64,000 bases of DNA from an uncultured delta proteobacterium (GCA_963737905.1 CAVTUQ010000019.1:183584-247583), one strand, 5' to 3'; shown: positions 31,041 to 41,437, counted from the stretch's first letter. Notes: generated from the sequence alone by a model not told the origin. Made by a program: numbers and translations.

Positions 31041-31116
31041 TGGAGTGATGGAGTACCGGAGTGTTGGATTCCGGGAAACCCATTATTCCACTACTCCAAT
31101 ATTCCATTACTCCATT
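31031..31116. repeat. 8-nt periodic TGGAGTA(N)/TACTCCA inverted repeat
   Basis: GATGGAGTAGTGGAGTGATGGAGTACCGGAG...TTCCACTACTCCAATATTCCATTACTCCA between convergent genes; half copy at 22052-22080. Confidence 0.7.
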
Positions 31117-31120
31117 CGGT

Positions 31121-32032
31121 TTAGACCCGGTGCATTCCACCGCCTTCAGGAGGTTTAGGCTGATCTCGTCCGGGCAGCCAATCAGCGTCTTTGCGCGGGC
31201 TGTTACCTGCCACCAGGAATTTCGCTCTCCCCATATTCTCGAACTCAATCTCAATGGTGTCTCCGGGATTCATGGGTCGAAGCCCCTCATGAAAAGTGCC
31301 GGTGGCGATGATGTCTCCAGGATTGAGACGTAGGACTTTCGTTAACCAGGCGATCTGCTCAGGAATTTTGTGGGCCATGTATTTGGTGTTGTAGTTTTGC
31401 CTTGGCTCTCCGCTGGTCCACGACTTCACAACGACGTTGTGCGGATCCGGAATCTCGTCTCTAGTAATGATCCACGGACCGCAGGCGCCATGGCTATCCT
31501 GACCCTTCCCAATGAACTGGGTGCGCCGCGCCATCCCGCGCGTTGAAACGTCAAAAAACGGGACATAACCGAAGACGTAATCCAAGGCTTTGGATTCTGG
31601 AACATTTTTGGCCGTCTTGCCCATGACGAAAGCAAACTCCGCTTCCGGCTGGTAGACCACCGCTGCCGGGATATCTCTCAGTTCGATGGTTCCGCCGGGT
31701 CCCACGAGATCGGGGGACTTGTAGAAGTATTCATTGGGCAGACTGTCAGGACTGCGATCGGGCCGATCGACATAATTCACAAAAGCGGCAAGACACTTGC
31801 TCGGTCTGGGAAGCGGACAGAGAAGCTGGACGCTGCTCAACGACACGCCCTCTTGTTCGGCCAAGATCTTTTCAAACCGGCGCCGGTATTTGCGCCAACC
31901 CTCGATGATTTCTTCCATCACTCTCTGCGGGCCTTTGGCTTTGCGCGAGCTGATGGTGTCACTCACATCCACCACCATATTGTCGTTTTTAATGACGCCG
32001 ACTCGGTCGTCGTTGAAGCGAAGAATCTTCAA
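31121..32032 (-). CDS. Fumarylacetoacetate hydrolase family protein
   Basis: PSK......NY, EAE...V.GK, D.S.R, GK..D....GPWI, L.PGDIIATGT; TTG start after GGAGG. Confidence 0.9.
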   Translation of the reverse strand: MKILRFNDDRVGVIKNDNMVVDVSDTISSRKAKGPQRVMEEIIEGWRKYRRRFEKILAEQEGVSLSSVQLLCPLPRPSKCLAAFVNYVDRPDRSPDSLPNEYFYKSPDLVGPGGTIELRDIPAAVVYQPEAEFAFVMGKTAKNVPESKALDYVFGYVPFFDVSTRGMARRTQFIGKGQDSHGACGPWIITRDEIPDPHNVVVKSWTSGEPRQNYNTKYMAHKIPEQIAWLTKVLRLNPGDIIATGTFHEGLRPMNPGDTIEIEFENMGRAKFLVAGNSPRKDADWLPGRDQPKPPEGGGMHRV

Positions 32033-32463
32033 TGTTATGTCCTCCCGTCGTCGAAATTTGCGCCTATCTTTGCGACAATAAAGGGGTAATGTCAAATCAC
32101 AGGCGTTAGCATTTTTGAGCCCTACCACATTTATGGTCCACAACTCACGACGATTTCTGTTGGACAGAGTTCATTGGAATGTGGAGGTCATAGTGGAAGT
32201 GTCGAGGCCATCTATGTCCGTTTCTGGAATCAAACAACAAGCAGAGATTATGTTGAACTCTTCCAGCTGGAACTACTCTTAAAATCTGGAAGGTGATAAA
32301 ATTTTTACATGTAAGTCGCAGGAAGCCGCAAAGAATAGGTTGACCGCAAGACAACAAGCTTTACGTGAAGACCCATTTTGTTAGCGATGGTTTAGGCATT
32401 CTAAGAGGGAAAAAGCTGGGTATCAATTCACAAACTAAAAAAGGAGAAGCAGGGAAAAGAAAA

Positions 32464-33095
32464 ATGAAAAAGACGATTTTGGTGTTTTTTGTCCTTTGCT
32501 TTACAGCAGAGCACTTGCCTGGAATGAGCCGGATGATTTTCGCGGCTTAAAATTTGGAGAGGGGTTAACCAAAATGATCCCTGAATGCCCTATCGACGAT
32601 CTGTCTAGAAGAGGATTGGACGAGTGGGTGCGGCTGTTACCTGAGAGGATCAGTGGTCCCTGTTGGCTAAGGAAAGAACCATTGACGAGCCGTCTTCTTT
32701 TTCCCGACATAGAAGGCTGGCTTAATGTATATCGGATCTTTAATATCGGTCCAATCGGAAACGTTCCCGTTAGAACTTATGCTCGCCTTTTAGATGAAAA
32801 ACTGGCCTATATTAGCGTCGTTTTCAACAGTGCATCCGCCGGAAATTTGTTAAGCATACTGAAAGAAAGATACGGTCTACCGACAGAGCAAAAAACTGAA
32901 CATTGGAAATCACGGGCTGGGGCGACATTCACGAATCTCACTGCTGATTGGGTTGGGAAGCGTGTTTCGATACGCTTCCAAGAGCGTGGAAGAGAGATTG
33001 ATCGCGGTACTATCTCCTATATGACTGAACTCTGGCTAGCCCATCAATCAGAAGAAAGGGAGAAAGCGATCAAAAAAGGAGCGAAGGACCTCTAA
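32464..33095 (+). pseudogene. Secreted hypothetical protein with a frameshift in the signal peptide
   Basis: MKKTILVFFVLCF in one frame continues as RALAWNEPDDFRGLKFG in another (shift near 32505). Confidence 0.55.
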
Positions 33096-33153
33096 ATTGT
33101 ACCGCAATGGCTCACTCCGGGAGGAACTAGTTCCGGAATAGTGGGAGGAAACA

Positions 33154-33410
33154 ATGCTACCGAGTGCACAAACTTTTGAGGATCAGTTAGTTGCTATTTT
33201 TGATGCTGCGCAACAAAAGAGCAAGTCTCACGTGGACGTCAAATCAGGCGAACTGCACAAAAAAATTGCGGTTACCCTAGTCAAAATCACAGGATGCCGC
33301 TTTGCTGTGAGGTAATGAGGAGAAAAATGCGGTCAGGAGACCGGATTCTTGAGAAGCCACCAAGCGGACAGGGAGCAACATTGATCATTCGGTACATGCT
33401 GCCCAGGTAG
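33154..33410 (+). pseudogene. Small conserved protein (SGELH..GYP..NHRMP.CC.VM motif), frameshifted
   Basis: GGAGG RBS; MLPSAQTFEDQL...SGELHKKI / GYPSQNHRMPLCCEVM...TLIIRYMLPR*; 1 nt missing near 33269; absent from the ORF track. Confidence 0.6.
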
Positions 33411-33474
33411 TTCACTTTTTTGCCATTCGGTTTGTGGCAGTGATACCGTTTCGGAGTACTAAAGAAGTCTGCTA

Positions 33475-34113
33475 CTAAGGCCTGTGTTTTTGAAGAACCT
33501 GCACGGCCTTTGAACTGAAAAATGTTTTCATCTCTTTCGGATCAATTGGGGTTAGAAGGTTAACCTTTAGCCGGGAGGGGTCGTCCAGGATTTTGTCCGA
33601 CTGCTCAAACGCGATGGCCAAATAGTACTCGTCAAGCCCTGGGTCTTTCGTCTTGGCGAGTTCAATCATCCTTTCGAGAGAGATTTTGCCGTCTCTCACG
33701 ATGCAATAGATGTCTACAAAATCTCTTTCCTCTGCGCGACCGTATAGAGCGAGGAGTTTACCCGCCGCTATATCTTCGAAACTGTGGATCCTCAACCCCT
33801 CCTTCTCGGTGAGCGCAGAAAGCATAAAGGGACTATCGTAGGCGAGCTGTATCTTGATGCTCTCAGCTCCCTGTCCAGCCACCGCCTCCCAGAAACTCGA
33901 GAAATTCCTGATCTCGTCAACATGGATCAATGAATTTTCCAGCGCCAGTTTGAGCTTTTGCGCCATGATAGGGATCAGGGGTTCTTCGGGCGTGAAGAGG
34001 TCAAAGTCCTCAGAAAGACGGTGAGCAAGGTAAAAGGCCTTGCTTTCTTCGATTTTCGTGAAGGCTTTAAGGACTTTCTTCTGGAAGGGGGTTAGAAGTT
34101 CTCCGCTTAACAA
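33475..34113 (-). CDS. AbiEii/AbiGii-family nucleotidyltransferase toxin, apparently internally deleted
   Basis: HR.SED.DLF, DIAA.KL.A...R...RDFVD.Y; the expected GGTAL motif is missing. Confidence 0.8.
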   Translation of the reverse strand: MLSGELLTPFQKKVLKAFTKIEESKAFYLAHRLSEDFDLFTPEEPLIPIMAQKLKLALENSLIHVDEIRNFSSFWEAVAGQGAESIKIQLAYDSPFMLSALTEKEGLRIHSFEDIAAGKLLALYGRAEERDFVDIYCIVRDGKISLERMIELAKTKDPGLDEYYLAIAFEQSDKILDDPSRLKVNLLTPIDPKEMKTFFSSKAVQVLQKHRP

Positions 34114-34339
34114 AGTAATCGCTCCAAAGCTTTTTTATCGGTTTTGGGAGATAAAGTTCGGGCAGGGTTCTTTCCACTTCGTCCAGATCGAGCGAAAGGA
34201 TATCCTCCATTCGGCCATTCATTAACACTTGTTTGATCCACCACCGTCTGTTTTCGGGATCATCGAGATTGAGGTCCTCTGCCTTATCGCTTGACCAGAC
34301 AATATGCCGGGGGATTTTCATGTTGCTAAGGGTATCCAA
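34067..34339 (-). CDS. Small putative antitoxin/partner of the AbiEii-like protein
   Basis: Overlaps the toxin start; W.......L.L.....W.I.QVL..G..EDI..L.L pattern. Confidence 0.65.
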   Translation of the reverse strand: MDTLSNMKIPRHIVWSSDKAEDLNLDDPENRRWWIKQVLMNGRMEDILSLDLDEVERTLPELYLPKPIKKLWSDYFVKRRTSNPLPEESP

Positions 34340-34442
34340 TTCCGGATGCTATATCAATTGCGCGATTCAATTACACGAATCGCCTGTCCCTTATCTTTCA
34401 AAATCCTTCGTATTGGTGTAAGCGAATCATAGGAGGACAACC

Positions 34443-35531
34443 ATGCTGCTCATCAACAACCAGGAAGTGGAAAAGCTTTTCGATATGAAATCTTGTCTGG
34501 AGGCGTTGGAAGACGCTTATGACGACCTGCTCAAAGGCGACGCGGTTTATCGCCCCCGGCTCGATCTTTGGATGCCTTGCGATCAGCCCGACGGTTACTA
34601 CCGCTGGGGCACGATGGAAGGGGCGAGCCGGAAGATCGGCGTGTTTGCGATTCGGATGAAGTCCGACATTGTTCACTGGCCCAACGGCGACACCGAGGAG
34701 AAGTATTGCATGCAGCCGGGAACCTGGTGCGGCTTGGTGATGGTTTTCAGTGTGCGTAATGGTGAGCCGCTCGCGATCATCAACGATGGGCTTATCCAGC
34801 ACATGCGCGTGGGCGCCTGCGCCGGATTGGGCGCCAAATACCTCGCGCGGCAAGATGCTGCCATCGTCGGTGTGTTCGGGTCGGGGGGGATGGCGCGGAC
34901 TTATTTGGAAGCCTTTACTGAAGTGCGTAGTATCAAGAAGGTCAAAGTGTATAGCCCTACGAAAGCTAACCGAGAAGCGTACGCCAGGGAAATGACCGGT
35001 AAATTAGATTTGGAAGTCGTCCCCGTGGATAAGCCCGAGTTGGTCGTGCATGAGGCGGATATTGTCGCGACCTGCACGGATTCCACCCGGACGGTTTTTG
35101 ATGAACCGAATTGGCTGAAGGAGGGGGCGCATATTACCTGCGTGCGCGCGTGCGAGGTAGGCCCGAGAGTGCTGAAGCGTTGCGATCTTTCCTTGAAGCT
35201 CGGCAAAAATACGATTGAAGCGATGGACGAGGGAATGGTGCGGCTGCACGGCAACGTCGGTTATATTGCCGGCCAGCCGGAGGAAAGGAGCCGGATTCCC
35301 AACCCCGTGGTGGACAACTACAGAGGCGACCACTTTAAATACTTTATGGACTTCAGAGCCGGCAAGGTTCCGGGACGAACCAGTGACAAGCAAATTACTT
35401 TTTTTATCAATGCCGGCACGCAGGGACTTCAGTTCGCCGCATGCGCCGGAAAAGTTTACCAGTTGGCCAAAGAGAAAGGCGTGGGTCGGAAGCTGCCGAC
35501 AGAGTGGTTTTTACAGGACATCAGGGATTGA
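34443..35531 (+). CDS. Ornithine cyclodeaminase/mu-crystallin family protein
   Basis: GEPLAI......H.RVGA..GL...YLAR, G.FGSG.MA, ADIV.TCT, G.QG.QFAA. Confidence 0.9.
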   Translation: MLLINNQEVEKLFDMKSCLEALEDAYDDLLKGDAVYRPRLDLWMPCDQPDGYYRWGTMEGASRKIGVFAIRMKSDIVHWPNGDTEEKYCMQPGTWCGLVMVFSVRNGEPLAIINDGLIQHMRVGACAGLGAKYLARQDAAIVGVFGSGGMARTYLEAFTEVRSIKKVKVYSPTKANREAYAREMTGKLDLEVVPVDKPELVVHEADIVATCTDSTRTVFDEPNWLKEGAHITCVRACEVGPRVLKRCDLSLKLGKNTIEAMDEGMVRLHGNVGYIAGQPEERSRIPNPVVDNYRGDHFKYFMDFRAGKVPGRTSDKQITFFINAGTQGLQFAACAGKVYQLAKEKGVGRKLPTEWFLQDIRD

Positions 35532-35609
35532 ATGAGTCTCGGGTTTCGAGTCTCAGGTCTCGAGTTTGGGCGAAAAACGCGAGACTCTAGACGCAAGACC
35601 CGAGACTGG

Positions 35610-35978
35610 TCAGTACCCCAGCTTGTCGATTTCGTCATCGTCAAACCCGAAGTAGTGGGCGATTTCATGCAACACGGTGGTCCGAATTTGTTCGCGCAAC
35701 TCGTCCGGATCGGGAAAGTCGCGCAGCAGGGGTTCCGAGAAAATTGTAATTTTGTCTGGTAAAATAGGCGGGTAGAGGCTGGAGCGATTGGGCAGTGGGA
35801 TGCCTTGGTAAAGTCCGTAAAGTGTGTCTTGTTCAGGGTCGAGTCCGGCCTCGAGAAAAAGCTCTTCTCCGGGCCTTTCCTCGATCACGACTTCGACGTT
35901 GTGCAGCCGCTTACGAAACTGCCTGGGGAGCTTGTCGAGAACGCGGGCCACTTCTTTCTTGAGTTCGTTCTTGTCCAC
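35610..35978 (-). CDS. Zincin_1-like minimal metallopeptidase
   Basis: LYGLYQG.PL..R, PD.ITIF, TV.HEIAHYFG. Confidence 0.9.
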   Translation of the reverse strand: MDKNELKKEVARVLDKLPRQFRKRLHNVEVVIEERPGEELFLEAGLDPEQDTLYGLYQGIPLPNRSSLYPPILPDKITIFSEPLLRDFPDPDELREQIRTTVLHEIAHYFGFDDDEIDKLGY

Positions 35979-35980
35979 CG

Positions 35981-37144
35981 GTGAAGAGTTTGTATCAAGT
36001 AGAGAATCGGTGCAAGCGATGCAGGGCGTCGCTTCAAAAGTTGGCCGTGGTCCTCTACTTTGCGCTTACCTTCACTGCATGCACCTCCGCGCGGACAGTA
36101 GCTCCGCCCATGCCGGCGTTGACCGACGACCTTGACCGGGAATCACTTCACGCGGCGCTACGCCGCAGCGTCTCTTATCTGGAGAAATTGCCGCCGGATC
36201 GGATTGTCGGGGAGCAACCCCGGCGCTTTACGGCTGGCGAAGTTTTGGACTCGCTTCTGGCTTTTGAGAAATCACTTGATAACTGGGATTGCCGAGAGTG
36301 TTGGATGCGAGACTTCAACACTCGATTTGACCTCATTCCGTCGTCCGGCGATGTTGAATTGGAGACGGTCTTGTTCACCGGCTATTACCAACCGGTGATA
36401 GAAGGAAGCTTGGCGCCAACGCCGGAGTACGCCTATCCGATTTACGGCATGCCGGCAGATTTGATCGGCAATCTCGTACCTTATTATTCCCGGCGTGAGA
36501 TCGATGAATTGGGCTCTTTGCGGGGTCGCGGTTACGAGATTGCCTGGGTGAAAAATCCCATCGATCTTTTTTTCCTGCACATTCAAGGATCCGGCATCCT
36601 GCAGTTAGAAGATGGCCGCCGCCTTCTGGTCGGCTATGCCGGCGCCAACGGCAGACCCTATCGAAGCATCGGACGACTGCTGATCGACCAAGGCAAGATC
36701 CCGCAAGAAGAGATGTCGATGCAACGTTTGCGGCGATATCTAATAGATTATCCGGACGAGCGAAACGAAATTTTTTCGTATAACGAAAGCTACGTCTTTT
36801 TCCGCTTCTTAGAAGAAGGTCCCCTGGGGAATATCGAGGTACCGCTTACCCCCGGTAGATCCATCGCCTCCGATGCGCGGCTCTTTCCCAAAGGCGCGCT
36901 GGCTTTCATCGTTACGGAAAGGCCCGTTCTCGATGCCGCAGGTCAGCTTGTTGGTTGGCAACCCTTTTCTCGTTTTGTTTTGAATCAGGATACCGGTGGC
37001 GCGATCCGCGGTCCGCAGCGCGCGGATCTCTATTTTGGCACCGGCTTCGAGGCCGAAGCCGGTGCCGGTTATATGAATAGACCGGGGAAGCTTTATTTCC
37101 TGGCGTTAAAAAATCCGTCCGCGGCGCCTTCTATAGAGAGATAG
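35981..37144 (+). CDS. mltA: Membrane-bound lytic murein transglycosylase A
   Basis: Lipobox FTAC; FTGYY.P, FF.HIQGSG, N.SYVFF, QDTGGAIRG..RAD.YFG.G. Confidence 0.92.
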   Translation: MKSLYQVENRCKRCRASLQKLAVVLYFALTFTACTSARTVAPPMPALTDDLDRESLHAALRRSVSYLEKLPPDRIVGEQPRRFTAGEVLDSLLAFEKSLDNWDCRECWMRDFNTRFDLIPSSGDVELETVLFTGYYQPVIEGSLAPTPEYAYPIYGMPADLIGNLVPYYSRREIDELGSLRGRGYEIAWVKNPIDLFFLHIQGSGILQLEDGRRLLVGYAGANGRPYRSIGRLLIDQGKIPQEEMSMQRLRRYLIDYPDERNEIFSYNESYVFFRFLEEGPLGNIEVPLTPGRSIASDARLFPKGALAFIVTERPVLDAAGQLVGWQPFSRFVLNQDTGGAIRGPQRADLYFGTGFEAEAGAGYMNRPGKLYFLALKNPSAAPSIER

Positions 37145-37208
37145 CCCTCAAATATCGGCGACCCTGACCTCTTGAGCGAATCCCTCGGGGAGAGTAACCT
37201 TTGCAATC

Positions 37209-38081
37209 GTGGAGCGGCATACCGAAACCCGAGGACTAAAACTCGCGCTGGCCATCAGCTGCATTTATTTTTTTGCCGAGCTGATTGGCGGATTTTTAAC
37301 CAATAGCCTGGCGCTGTTATCGGATGCCGGGCACATGCTATCCGACATCGCGGCTTTGGCATTGAGCCTGTGTGCGTTCCGGATAGCCAAACGGCCGGCA
37401 ACCGTGAGCAGCACCTATGGCTATCATCGCGTCGAAATATTGGCGGCGCTCTTTAACGGACTGACCTTATGGTTGATTGTCGGAGTCATTTTCGCCGCCG
37501 CCTATAACCGCTTCCTGAATCCACCCGCAGTTGAAAGCTATGGCATGATGATCGTCGCGTCGCTGGGCTTGCTCGTGAATATCGTTGCGGGGGCCGTGCT
37601 GTACGGGTCACACCACCATAATCTCAATCTCCGCGGGGCTTTCCTGCACGTCGTGAGTGACGCCTTGGGTTCCGTGGGAGCCATCGCTGCGAGTTTGGTC
37701 ATGCTCTACACGGGTTGGTACGTTGCCGATCCCGTGATCAGCATTCTGATCGGGCTTTTGATTCTCCATTCTTCCTGGAGTCTGATCAAAGAATCCTTTA
37801 GCGTGCTCATGCAGGCCGTTCCGAAAGGTATCCGGCTTGAAGACGTTCAACACGCGCTCGAAGAGGTGGAAGGAGTCAGTAAGGTCCATGATCTCCATGT
37901 CTGGGCGGTAACCTCCGACATCTTTACTCTAAGCGCTCACGCGGTGGTAGAAAACGGCGGCGATTTTCACCAGGTACTCAACGGCATCGAGGACACACTC
38001 AAGGATCGCTTCAACATCGAGCACACCACGATTCAATTGGAAATCGAAAGCCGCGAGGACAAAGAATTCAAAGCGTTCTAA
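37209..38081 (+). CDS. Cation diffusion facilitator (ZitB/CzcD-like)
   Basis: SLALLSDAGHMLSD, N.RGAFLHV.SD.LGS, VHDLHVW, H.TIQ.E. Confidence 0.93.
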   Translation: MERHTETRGLKLALAISCIYFFAELIGGFLTNSLALLSDAGHMLSDIAALALSLCAFRIAKRPATVSSTYGYHRVEILAALFNGLTLWLIVGVIFAAAYNRFLNPPAVESYGMMIVASLGLLVNIVAGAVLYGSHHHNLNLRGAFLHVVSDALGSVGAIAASLVMLYTGWYVADPVISILIGLLILHSSWSLIKESFSVLMQAVPKGIRLEDVQHALEEVEGVSKVHDLHVWAVTSDIFTLSAHAVVENGGDFHQVLNGIEDTLKDRFNIEHTTIQLEIESREDKEFKAF

Positions 38082-38226
38082 ACGATGGATCCGAAATGGT
38101 ACAAGGTCGATCGCTTATGGCATGTAGTTGGAACATACGAACCATACGCTATAAGCCATAGGCCATAAGCCAACGGAAGCGAGGCGATGGAGCGGAAGAA
38201 AGCGGTGAGGCTTTTTCAGCAGCGCG

Positions 38227-39420
38227 TTAGGATACAGTTGGGCTGGAGACGACTGGCTTGGGTTTGGGTTTTGGCAATAGACAAGCCATTAAACCGACAC
38301 TGATAAACGAAAGAATTCCCAGAAACCAAAAAATCGTGGACAGATTGGCTGATACGAGCAGTAAACCCACGATGGAGGTCGACGTTGTTTTAGAGACCTG
38401 CTGAATCAGTCGATCAAAAGAAATGATGCCGCCCCGCATCTCTGCCGGCGCGTTTTGGGTCAACAGACTTTTCTGCATCGGTGAAATCACGCCGTTCGCC
38501 AGCCCGTAAAAGAACAGCGCGCCACCCACCAACCAAAGGCCGGGCACGGTCGGAACGAGCGCTACGGCTGCGCCGCTGACAACGAAGGCAATGAAGAGAA
38601 TATTTGCTTTATCCCGCCCGGCGGCGATGCGGCCCGCCTGGCTGGCGGTGATCATCGCGCCGATAGAGAAGAAGACGTAAAGGATCCCCGCCCTCGCAGT
38701 CGAGATGCCATGGGTCCGTACCAGAAAAAGCGGAAAGTAAGTTAAAAAACCGTAATCGAGAAAGAAGCGCAGAAATCCGGCCGAAAAAGCGATGACGAGA
38801 CGGGGATGGCGGGTTAACCGTAACATGTCGCCGAGATACGCCAATGTGCCATCGCTGTTCTCTTTGCCCTTGGTTTCCGGCATCCAAAGTAGCGCGGCAA
38901 ACCCCACCGGGATTGTTAGAATGTAGAAAACAAACGGCCAGAACCAAGCGATGGTGGCAAGCAACCCGCCGAGCGGTGGAAAAACCATATAGCCAATGCG
39001 ATCGAGAAAAACCTTCAGCCCTTGACCGCCGATCTCTTGCTCTCCTTCAAGAAGGTCGCCGATGAGCACAATGGTGAGGGGAATGACAGCGCTGAAGCCG
39101 ACTCCTTGCAGCGTTCGAAAGGCGAGGAGCCAACCGAAGCTCGGCGCGAAAGCCATGGCTGTTCCAAAAATCCCGAAGATGATGAGACCGCCTGCGAGAA
39201 GCAAGCGCCGGCCATAAAGATCGGCAATGACGCCAAAGATCGGTGACAGCACAATCGCCGGGGCAGTGAACAGGGTCATGATCAAAGATAATGCCGAATC
39301 GCTGACGCCGAAGGGTCCGGTGAGTGCCGGCAGCGCGGGTTGAATGAAATTCACCCCCATCATGAGGGAGATGCTTGTCGCATAAACGATGCTGAGCGCG
39401 CGACTACGCTCACGCGACAT
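38227..39420 (-). CDS. MFS transporter
   Basis: About 12 transmembrane segments, G.IADLYGRR motif A; start uncertain (the ORF extends to 39498). Confidence 0.88.
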   Translation of the reverse strand: MSRERSRALSIVYATSISLMMGVNFIQPALPALTGPFGVSDSALSLIMTLFTAPAIVLSPIFGVIADLYGRRLLLAGGLIIFGIFGTAMAFAPSFGWLLAFRTLQGVGFSAVIPLTIVLIGDLLEGEQEIGGQGLKVFLDRIGYMVFPPLGGLLATIAWFWPFVFYILTIPVGFAALLWMPETKGKENSDGTLAYLGDMLRLTRHPRLVIAFSAGFLRFFLDYGFLTYFPLFLVRTHGISTARAGILYVFFSIGAMITASQAGRIAAGRDKANILFIAFVVSGAAVALVPTVPGLWLVGGALFFYGLANGVISPMQKSLLTQNAPAEMRGGIISFDRLIQQVSKTTSTSIVGLLLVSANLSTIFWFLGILSFISVGLMACLLPKPKPKPVVSSPTVS

Positions 39421-39595
39421 CTCCCCGAGGCCGAACATAGAGGATATGTTGAGCGTGCGCATGTGCGAGAGGTTAAGGGAAAGGCTGCTTTGAGTCAACG
39501 GTTTAGCGGGAAGCGTGTGTAGCCCAGTGGTGGGAACAAGCGCTCCATGATATGGGGAGACATGAGTAACTACGCCAACTTTGGAGGGAACGGAA

Positions 39596-41032
39596 ATGGC
39601 TCAAGATATGCGCTCGTGGATCAACCAGTTGGAGGAAGCCGGAGCGTTGGCGCGAATAAAGAAGCCGGTGGATCCACGCACGCAGATGGGAGCTTTGCTC
39701 TGGCAGGCGAGGGATCGGGCGCTGCTCTTTGAGAATCTTCCAGGGTTTTCAAATTGGCGTTGTTTGGGTCAAGCGCCCGGTGATGTGTCTTTGGCTCCGG
39801 TGGCCTTCGGCACGCATCGCGACGAGATGGTACCGGAGTTTGTGCGCCGAACCGAGCGGCTCGGCACTACCCGCTTGGTGAATTCGGGTCCGGTCAAAGA
39901 GAAGATCATCATTGGCGATAGAGTTGACGTGACAAAAATGCCGATCCATCAAGCCGGCATCCGCGATGGCGGCCCTTACATCGGTTCCGGGCTGATGATC
40001 ACCAAAAATCCGGAGACGGGCCGGCGCAACTTGAGCTTTCATCGCTTGCAGATGAAGGATTCCAAGAAATTTGGGATTCTGCTCTACCCGCGTCACGCCT
40101 GGGCCAACTACCAGATGTACGAGGCCCAGGATAAAGCGATGCCTGTGGCTATCATGATCGGCCACCATCCCATGTATTACTTTGCTGCGGCGACGACGAC
40201 CCAATACGGTGTGGACGAGCTTGAGATCGCTTCCGCGCTGCTGCGGGAAGAGGTCGAATTGGTGAAGTGTGAGACCGTCGATCTCGAAGTTCCCGCCCAC
40301 GCGGAAATCATTCTCGAAGGAGAGATCCCGCCCAAGGTGCGCGAACCGGAAGGTCCATTTAGTGAGTTTCAGGATTATTACCTCACCGGCGCTGGGATGA
40401 ACCCAATCGTAAATATCAAAGCGGTTACCATGCGCCACGACGCAATCTTCAAAAACGTCCAGAACGGGACTGAAGTCGAGGGTTGTGTGTATCACAAAGT
40501 TCCCATGTCGGCGCAAATCTTACGCCGCATCAGAACGGTGGGCGGCTTTGCCGACGTGAAGAACGTTCTGGTGTTGCCGGGAATTTTCGGCGTCGTGGTG
40601 CAGATGAATCCGCGCTACTACGGCGAGGCGAGAAACGTTCTGTTATCGGTCCTCTCCAGCGAATATCAACATCCGAAAGTCGCCATCGCGGTCGATGAGG
40701 ACGTGGATATCTTCAACTATGCGGAGGTTTTGTGGGCCATTTCTACGCGGGTGAATCCTGAACAGGACATCATCGTCATCCCTGGGGCCAAGATCCACGC
40801 GATGGATCCCTCGTGTCCCGAATTCGGCGCCCCGGGCGCGCCGGGTTGGCATCGAATCGGCGGCAAAGTTATCATCGATGCGACCAAACCGCCGGAGTGC
40901 GATCCCAAGCGTCGCTTCGAATTTGAACGCCTGCGGCCGGTAGGCTGGGAGACGATGCAGTTGGAGGACTATCTGCCCGAGGGCTCGCCGGCGTTACGTT
41001 ACAAACCGAAAATTCCTGGATTAAAGAGTTGA
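39596..41032 (+). CDS. UbiD-family decarboxylase
   Basis: DGGPY, N.S.HR.Q, VPA.AEI.LEG, EGPF.EF, VD.DVD......V.WA..TR, K.IIDAT. Confidence 0.93.
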   Translation: MAQDMRSWINQLEEAGALARIKKPVDPRTQMGALLWQARDRALLFENLPGFSNWRCLGQAPGDVSLAPVAFGTHRDEMVPEFVRRTERLGTTRLVNSGPVKEKIIIGDRVDVTKMPIHQAGIRDGGPYIGSGLMITKNPETGRRNLSFHRLQMKDSKKFGILLYPRHAWANYQMYEAQDKAMPVAIMIGHHPMYYFAAATTTQYGVDELEIASALLREEVELVKCETVDLEVPAHAEIILEGEIPPKVREPEGPFSEFQDYYLTGAGMNPIVNIKAVTMRHDAIFKNVQNGTEVEGCVYHKVPMSAQILRRIRTVGGFADVKNVLVLPGIFGVVVQMNPRYYGEARNVLLSVLSSEYQHPKVAIAVDEDVDIFNYAEVLWAISTRVNPEQDIIVIPGAKIHAMDPSCPEFGAPGAPGWHRIGGKVIIDATKPPECDPKRRFEFERLRPVGWETMQLEDYLPEGSPALRYKPKIPGLKS

Positions 41033-41059
41033 AGGATTGGGAGCTGAAATAATGGCCTA

Positions 41060-41305
41060 CTATTCATCGGTTTCACCGAAGTAATCTCTGAGAATTCGTT
41101 CTTTAATGTATTCCAGGGCTCCCAGGTCCTGGATGATGTCACCGCCGGTGTCGTAAAAGAAAATGTCACCTTTATGGTTGCGGCCGATGGCCACGAGCCA
41201 GTCCAATTCATCGCGATCCTCCAAAAGATAATTGATCGCCTGATTGGCCCCCTTGCTCGCGATAATGGTGACTTTGGGGTTTGTTGACTTTTTGGGTTGT
41301 GACAT
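41060..41305 (-). CDS. Small hypothetical protein
   Basis: GGAGG RBS before MSQPKK; 81 aa. Confidence 0.6.
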   Translation of the reverse strand: MSQPKKSTNPKVTIIASKGANQAINYLLEDRDELDWLVAIGRNHKGDIFFYDTGGDIIQDLGALEYIKERILRDYFGETDE

Positions 41306-41437
41306 GAAGGTTCCTCCCGGTACGTGGCGAATTCTATAACAGAAGGAAGGCTTCCACAACTTGGTGGAAGGAAATTGACGGCTGACGCCGTTGACTTGCC
41401 CGGCGGCTTACTATCCGTCGGGAGCAAATCGAGGGGC

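Noticed and set aside
35981-37144. Short MltA domain B as a deletion
   Set aside because: Length variation in this region is normal within the MltA family, and the catalytic motifs are intact
39596-41032. UbiD without adjacent ubiX as a novel system
   Set aside because: Orphan UbiD paralogs commonly use a ubiX encoded elsewhere
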